Shown: piece by piece, positions 62,501 to 64,000 of the stretch
How the letters are laid out: the number at the start of each line of letters is the position of its first letter
Position numbering within the stretch: the stretch's first letter is position 1
Source: an uncultured Chloroflexia bacterium
Lineage (GTDB): Bacteria > Chloroflexota > Chloroflexia > QHBQ01 > JADMIH01
DNA length: 64,000 nucleotides
Direction: 5' to 3'
Assembly: GCA_963837315.1 (NCBI GenBank)
Contig: CAWINE010000028.1
Coordinates: 470,462-534,461, forward strand
Program-made: the position numbers and the translations under genes
The notes under the pieces: generated by a model
The model's database searches: none
What the model saw: the letters and a program-made list of their open reading frames with translations, nothing else
Told to the model about the DNA's origin: nothing

Positions 62501-64000
62501 CGAAGGGCCACCGACCAGATTTGTGTTCACTTTAGCGACCCAAGCATCGGTGCCTACAGTGAGGGTGGGGTCGTAAGCATTGACAGTGGGGAAGTTGGCG
62601 GAGGAGGTCTCACCTGTAATGTAGGCATTGCCCGAACCGTCGGCTGCCACGCCGTGGCCGGGGCTTGAGGCTGCGCTGGTGCCACCATAATCCGAGCTGC
62701 TCCCACCCAGGTAAGTCGAGTAGATTAGCGAGGCGGCACCGGCCCGAGTAGTATTCACCCTGGCCAGGAAGGCGTCAGTGGTGCCGCCCCCGTACGTCGC
62801 CTGGTAAGCGTTCACCAGGGGGAAGCCGGTCCCGTTTTGTCCTGTGTTGCCGGTTATGTAGGCGTTGCCTGACCCGTCTACCGCAACACCGTAGGCGTAG
62901 TCGTTGACGGTGCCACCGAAGTACGTGGAATAGAGCAGTGTTGAGCCGGTGGCATTGAGCTTAGTCAAGAAGGCATCTAAACCATTGCTCGTAGGTTGGT
63001 AAGCATTCTGGGTAATTGGGAAGTCAGTGGAGCTGGTGTAGCCTGTTATGTAGGCGTTGCCCGCGCTATCCACCGCAATGCCGTAAGCGCTATCAGTGAC
63101 TGTGCCGCCCACATACGTGGAATAGGCAACCGTTCCGTTGGCGTTGAACTTGGTAACAAAGGCGTCCGGGGTGCCGTGATTGGTTGGTTGGTAAGGGTTC
63201 ACAGTGGGGAAGTTGGTTGAGCCGGTGAAGCCTGTTATGTAAACGTTGCCCGACGGGTCCGCGGCGACGCCGTATGCTTCATCCCGGCCGGTGCCACCCA
63301 GGTAGGTGGAGAAGATAAGGCTTGGATCGATGGTCAACGGCTCAGCGCGATCATATGCCCCCAGGGCGAAGCCGACGGTGCCGTCAGATCCCAGCACAAA
63401 GTGGACTTCGACGGGCAACCTGCCGGCGCTACCGCTACCGCCCGTCTGCCACGCTAATGGTGCTTGCTCGGTCAGGAGAGGCTCCGAACCGGTGCCATCT
63501 ACGAGGAGATCTCCTGATTGGTCCAACTCAAGCCTGGCAGCGCCTGTATATCGCCACCTGATTACGCTGGGATCGGCCCCTGCCGCCAGCGTATATGTGC
63601 CTTTGAGAACGCCCTGCGTACCCCCGAAGTTTAGGGTTATGCCATCGTAGAGGCCGTTGTAGCTGATACCTGCATATGTGGGCAAGTTGTTGTGCCAGCT
63701 CGCCGGATTATTGCCTATAAAGTAGCTCACTCTGGAGGGTAGCTCCGAGCCTGCGCTGACCACCGCTGCCGGGCTCGCGCCGACAAAGTCGAGGCGCACT
63801 GCATTCGTGTCGGACGCGCCCATATCGGTGCCCAAGGACGAGCCGGGCGATTTGAGCGCAAACGTCGCCCCTGCCTGAGTGAAGAAGAGCACGCCCCCCG
63901 GCGCATGCGCGACGAAACGAACTGACGGATCGGTCTGACCTCCGTTCGGCTCGAAGGAAAGCGACTGCCTGCCTGCAAGCTCCTGCGCGGATGAGAGTGA
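59552..64000 (-). CDS. giant cell-surface protein with SBBP beta-propeller repeats, a 7-fold HW(D/N)G..W / WAVG repeat region and three C-terminal SLH domains (5' end beyond the window)
   Basis: The frame is open from position 64000 (SLSSAQELAGRQSLSFEPNGGQTDPSVRF...), which is upstream of the ORF-track start at 63892. Multiple AYITGxTxSxDFP..., DAF(V/L)(T/A)K(L/V)N units are SBBP-like. About seven repeats have the form xxHWDGxxWxxV...DVWAVG. Three SLH modules are present (FxDVPxGSTF..Y(I/T)..L...GxxxGY). No frame disruption occurs across 4.4 kb. Confidence 0.85.
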   Translation of the reverse strand, partial: SLSSAQELAGRQSLSFEPNGGQTDPSVRFVAHAPGGVLFFTQAGATFALKSPGSSLGTDMGASDTNAVRLDFVGASPAAVVSAGSELPSRVSYFIGNNPASWHNNLPTYAGISYNGLYDGITLNFGGTQGVLKGTYTLAAGADPSVIRWRYTGAARLELDQSGDLLVDGTGSEPLLTEQAPLAWQTGGSGSAGRLPVEVHFVLGSDGTVGFALGAYDRAEPLTIDPSLIFSTYLGGTGRDEAYGVAADPSGNVYITGFTGSTNFPTVNPYQPTNHGTPDAFVTKFNANGTVAYSTYVGGTVTDSAYGIAVDSAGNAYITGYTSSTDFPITQNAYQPTSNGLDAFLTKLNATGSTLLYSTYFGGTVNDYAYGVAVDGSGNAYITGNTGQNGTGFPLVNAYQATYGGGTTDAFLARVNTTRAGAASLIYSTYLGGSSSDYGGTSAASSPGHGVAADGSGNAYITGETSSANFPTVNAYDPTLTVGTDAWVAKVNTNLVGGPSLIYSTYLGGSGCCDYGRDIDIDASGSAYVTGQTNSTDFPTLNPYQSCVAGPFVTKFNAAGNGLIYSTCFGAGGAGEGADISVDNTGRAHVVGSTSSSTFPQMNSLQTYQGGGDAFALILGAAGNNLVFSTFLGGTANDVGIGGATDGANKSYVTGSTLSTDFPIQSPYQPSSSGGVEAFVSSIDGSAPVATATPIPTCSVAWNSVDSPNPSGMNGNALVDVAAAAANDVWAVGTSADYTSPNPTAVALMEHWDGAKWSILSSPPANNVSMGGVAALPGDAWAVGDYDSPTATGHQPLLEHWDGSTWSLAASPAITVPVGGIRDVRMVSSSNVWVVGSYVQGAGTQALALHWNGSVWAQVAMPILPNRDSLQGLAAVSANDIWAVGEVDANRPLFMHWNGTSWTRFNNPAAVSGVLYRVAAVSATDIWAVGYTTDGSGLPLAMHYNGTSWSVVTMPLPCCNRELTDVAAISSNNVWAVSENAFVHWDGTTWTLVSGAGEPPSTKYFLQGLGKVSATDVWAVGKAHTDAGGSFDGTLIEHYSTICPPPSATATATYTPDPNFTATATSTPGPAATDYVFVAATGTIVPGTTDTGNHCDNCENTIVLPFPATLYGQQFSSATLGSNGTLGFISNSNPSANTCLPTGAADFAIFGYWDDLVTDCTGCGIFTSVSGTTPNRIFNIEWRAARLMGSGVNFEIRLYEGSDQFDLIYGQIDPESSETVGVQQGANGLFTNVLCVLAGSPEQSKLARPDGWIIEDGVKLIFGQPRACTLTFIDVPVGSTFYPYIHCLACLGIINGYSDGTFKPNNNVTRGQLSKIVTNAAGFSDPQPAQMFQDVPVGSTFQLYIGRLASRGYISGYACGGPNEPCVQPRNLPYFRPNNNATRGQITKIDANAAEFGDAPTGRQFQDVPIGSTYYTYTYRLVTRSIMAGYRCGEPGEPCIPPANLPYFRPNNNATRGQTSKIEGNTFFPDCAIPAAKDNAGR

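Noticed and set aside
1-64000. A search for tRNA, rRNA, tmRNA, RNase P and SRP RNA genes, and for transposase, integrase or phage genes.
   Set aside because: I saw no T-arm or anticodon-arm-like structures, no conserved RNA cores and no mobility-gene motifs. Small RNAs cannot be excluded without covariance-model searches.

Overview
This is a GC-rich bacterial chromosomal window, about 60% G+C by eye, not computed. I recognised no rRNA gene, tRNA gene, transposase or integrase. The gene content and cis-elements include a proline-specific T-box leader, a giant SLH-anchored surface protein, MglA/MglB, LLM and deazaflavin-type oxidoreductases, and promoters with leaderless geometry. Together these suggest a terrabacterial lineage such as Chloroflexota. 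That assignment is inference only.

Contents in order:
- a 4-hydroxyproline-type catabolic cluster (822-6326)
- purM-purN, mglB-mglA and purH
- an accessory segment (about 13.0-22.5 kb) holding an S12 serine hydrolase, a VOC protein, a DUF385 reductase and a rearranged glycopeptide-resistance locus (vanH / murF / vanX-ligase / vanR-vanS)
- peptidase S51, GH20 hexosaminidase, class V aminotransferase, a second LLM oxidoreductase, a low-GC DHFR-family relic, PhyH dioxygenase and PEBP lipoprotein
- pyrG, an MBL hydrolase, a CHAP-like secreted protein, and proS with its T-box
- rpe, pepF, gatB, two gdh paralogs flanking a fatty-acid desaturase, and three small disordered acidic proteins
- a beta-propeller protein, a tandemly duplicated spondin_N-like protein, a Ser/Thr kinase, two trkA-type genes, a usp gene and a surface protein longer than 1480 aa

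Three themes stand out.
1. The van locus is compositionally mosaic and rearranged. It carries a duplicated bidirectional control region and a vanS-derived scar fused to the vanH 3' end.
2. The window is saturated with hairpins whose arms are tandem heptanucleotide runs. The sequence differs at each locus but the architecture is the same. Some form modular arrays, and some sit in frame inside genes such as purH, murF, pepF and the S51 peptidase. There are also two arrays of a GGGGACACCCC...CAGGGG-N4-CCCCTG element.
3. Many ORFs are disrupted, and the lesions are strongly clustered. pyrG, proS and the GH20 gene each carry at least 4-6 lesions, while ORFs of 4.4 kb and 2 kb are intact. This is either local assembly error or genuine decay.

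Frameshift positions are approximate. All of this was done by eye, without searches.
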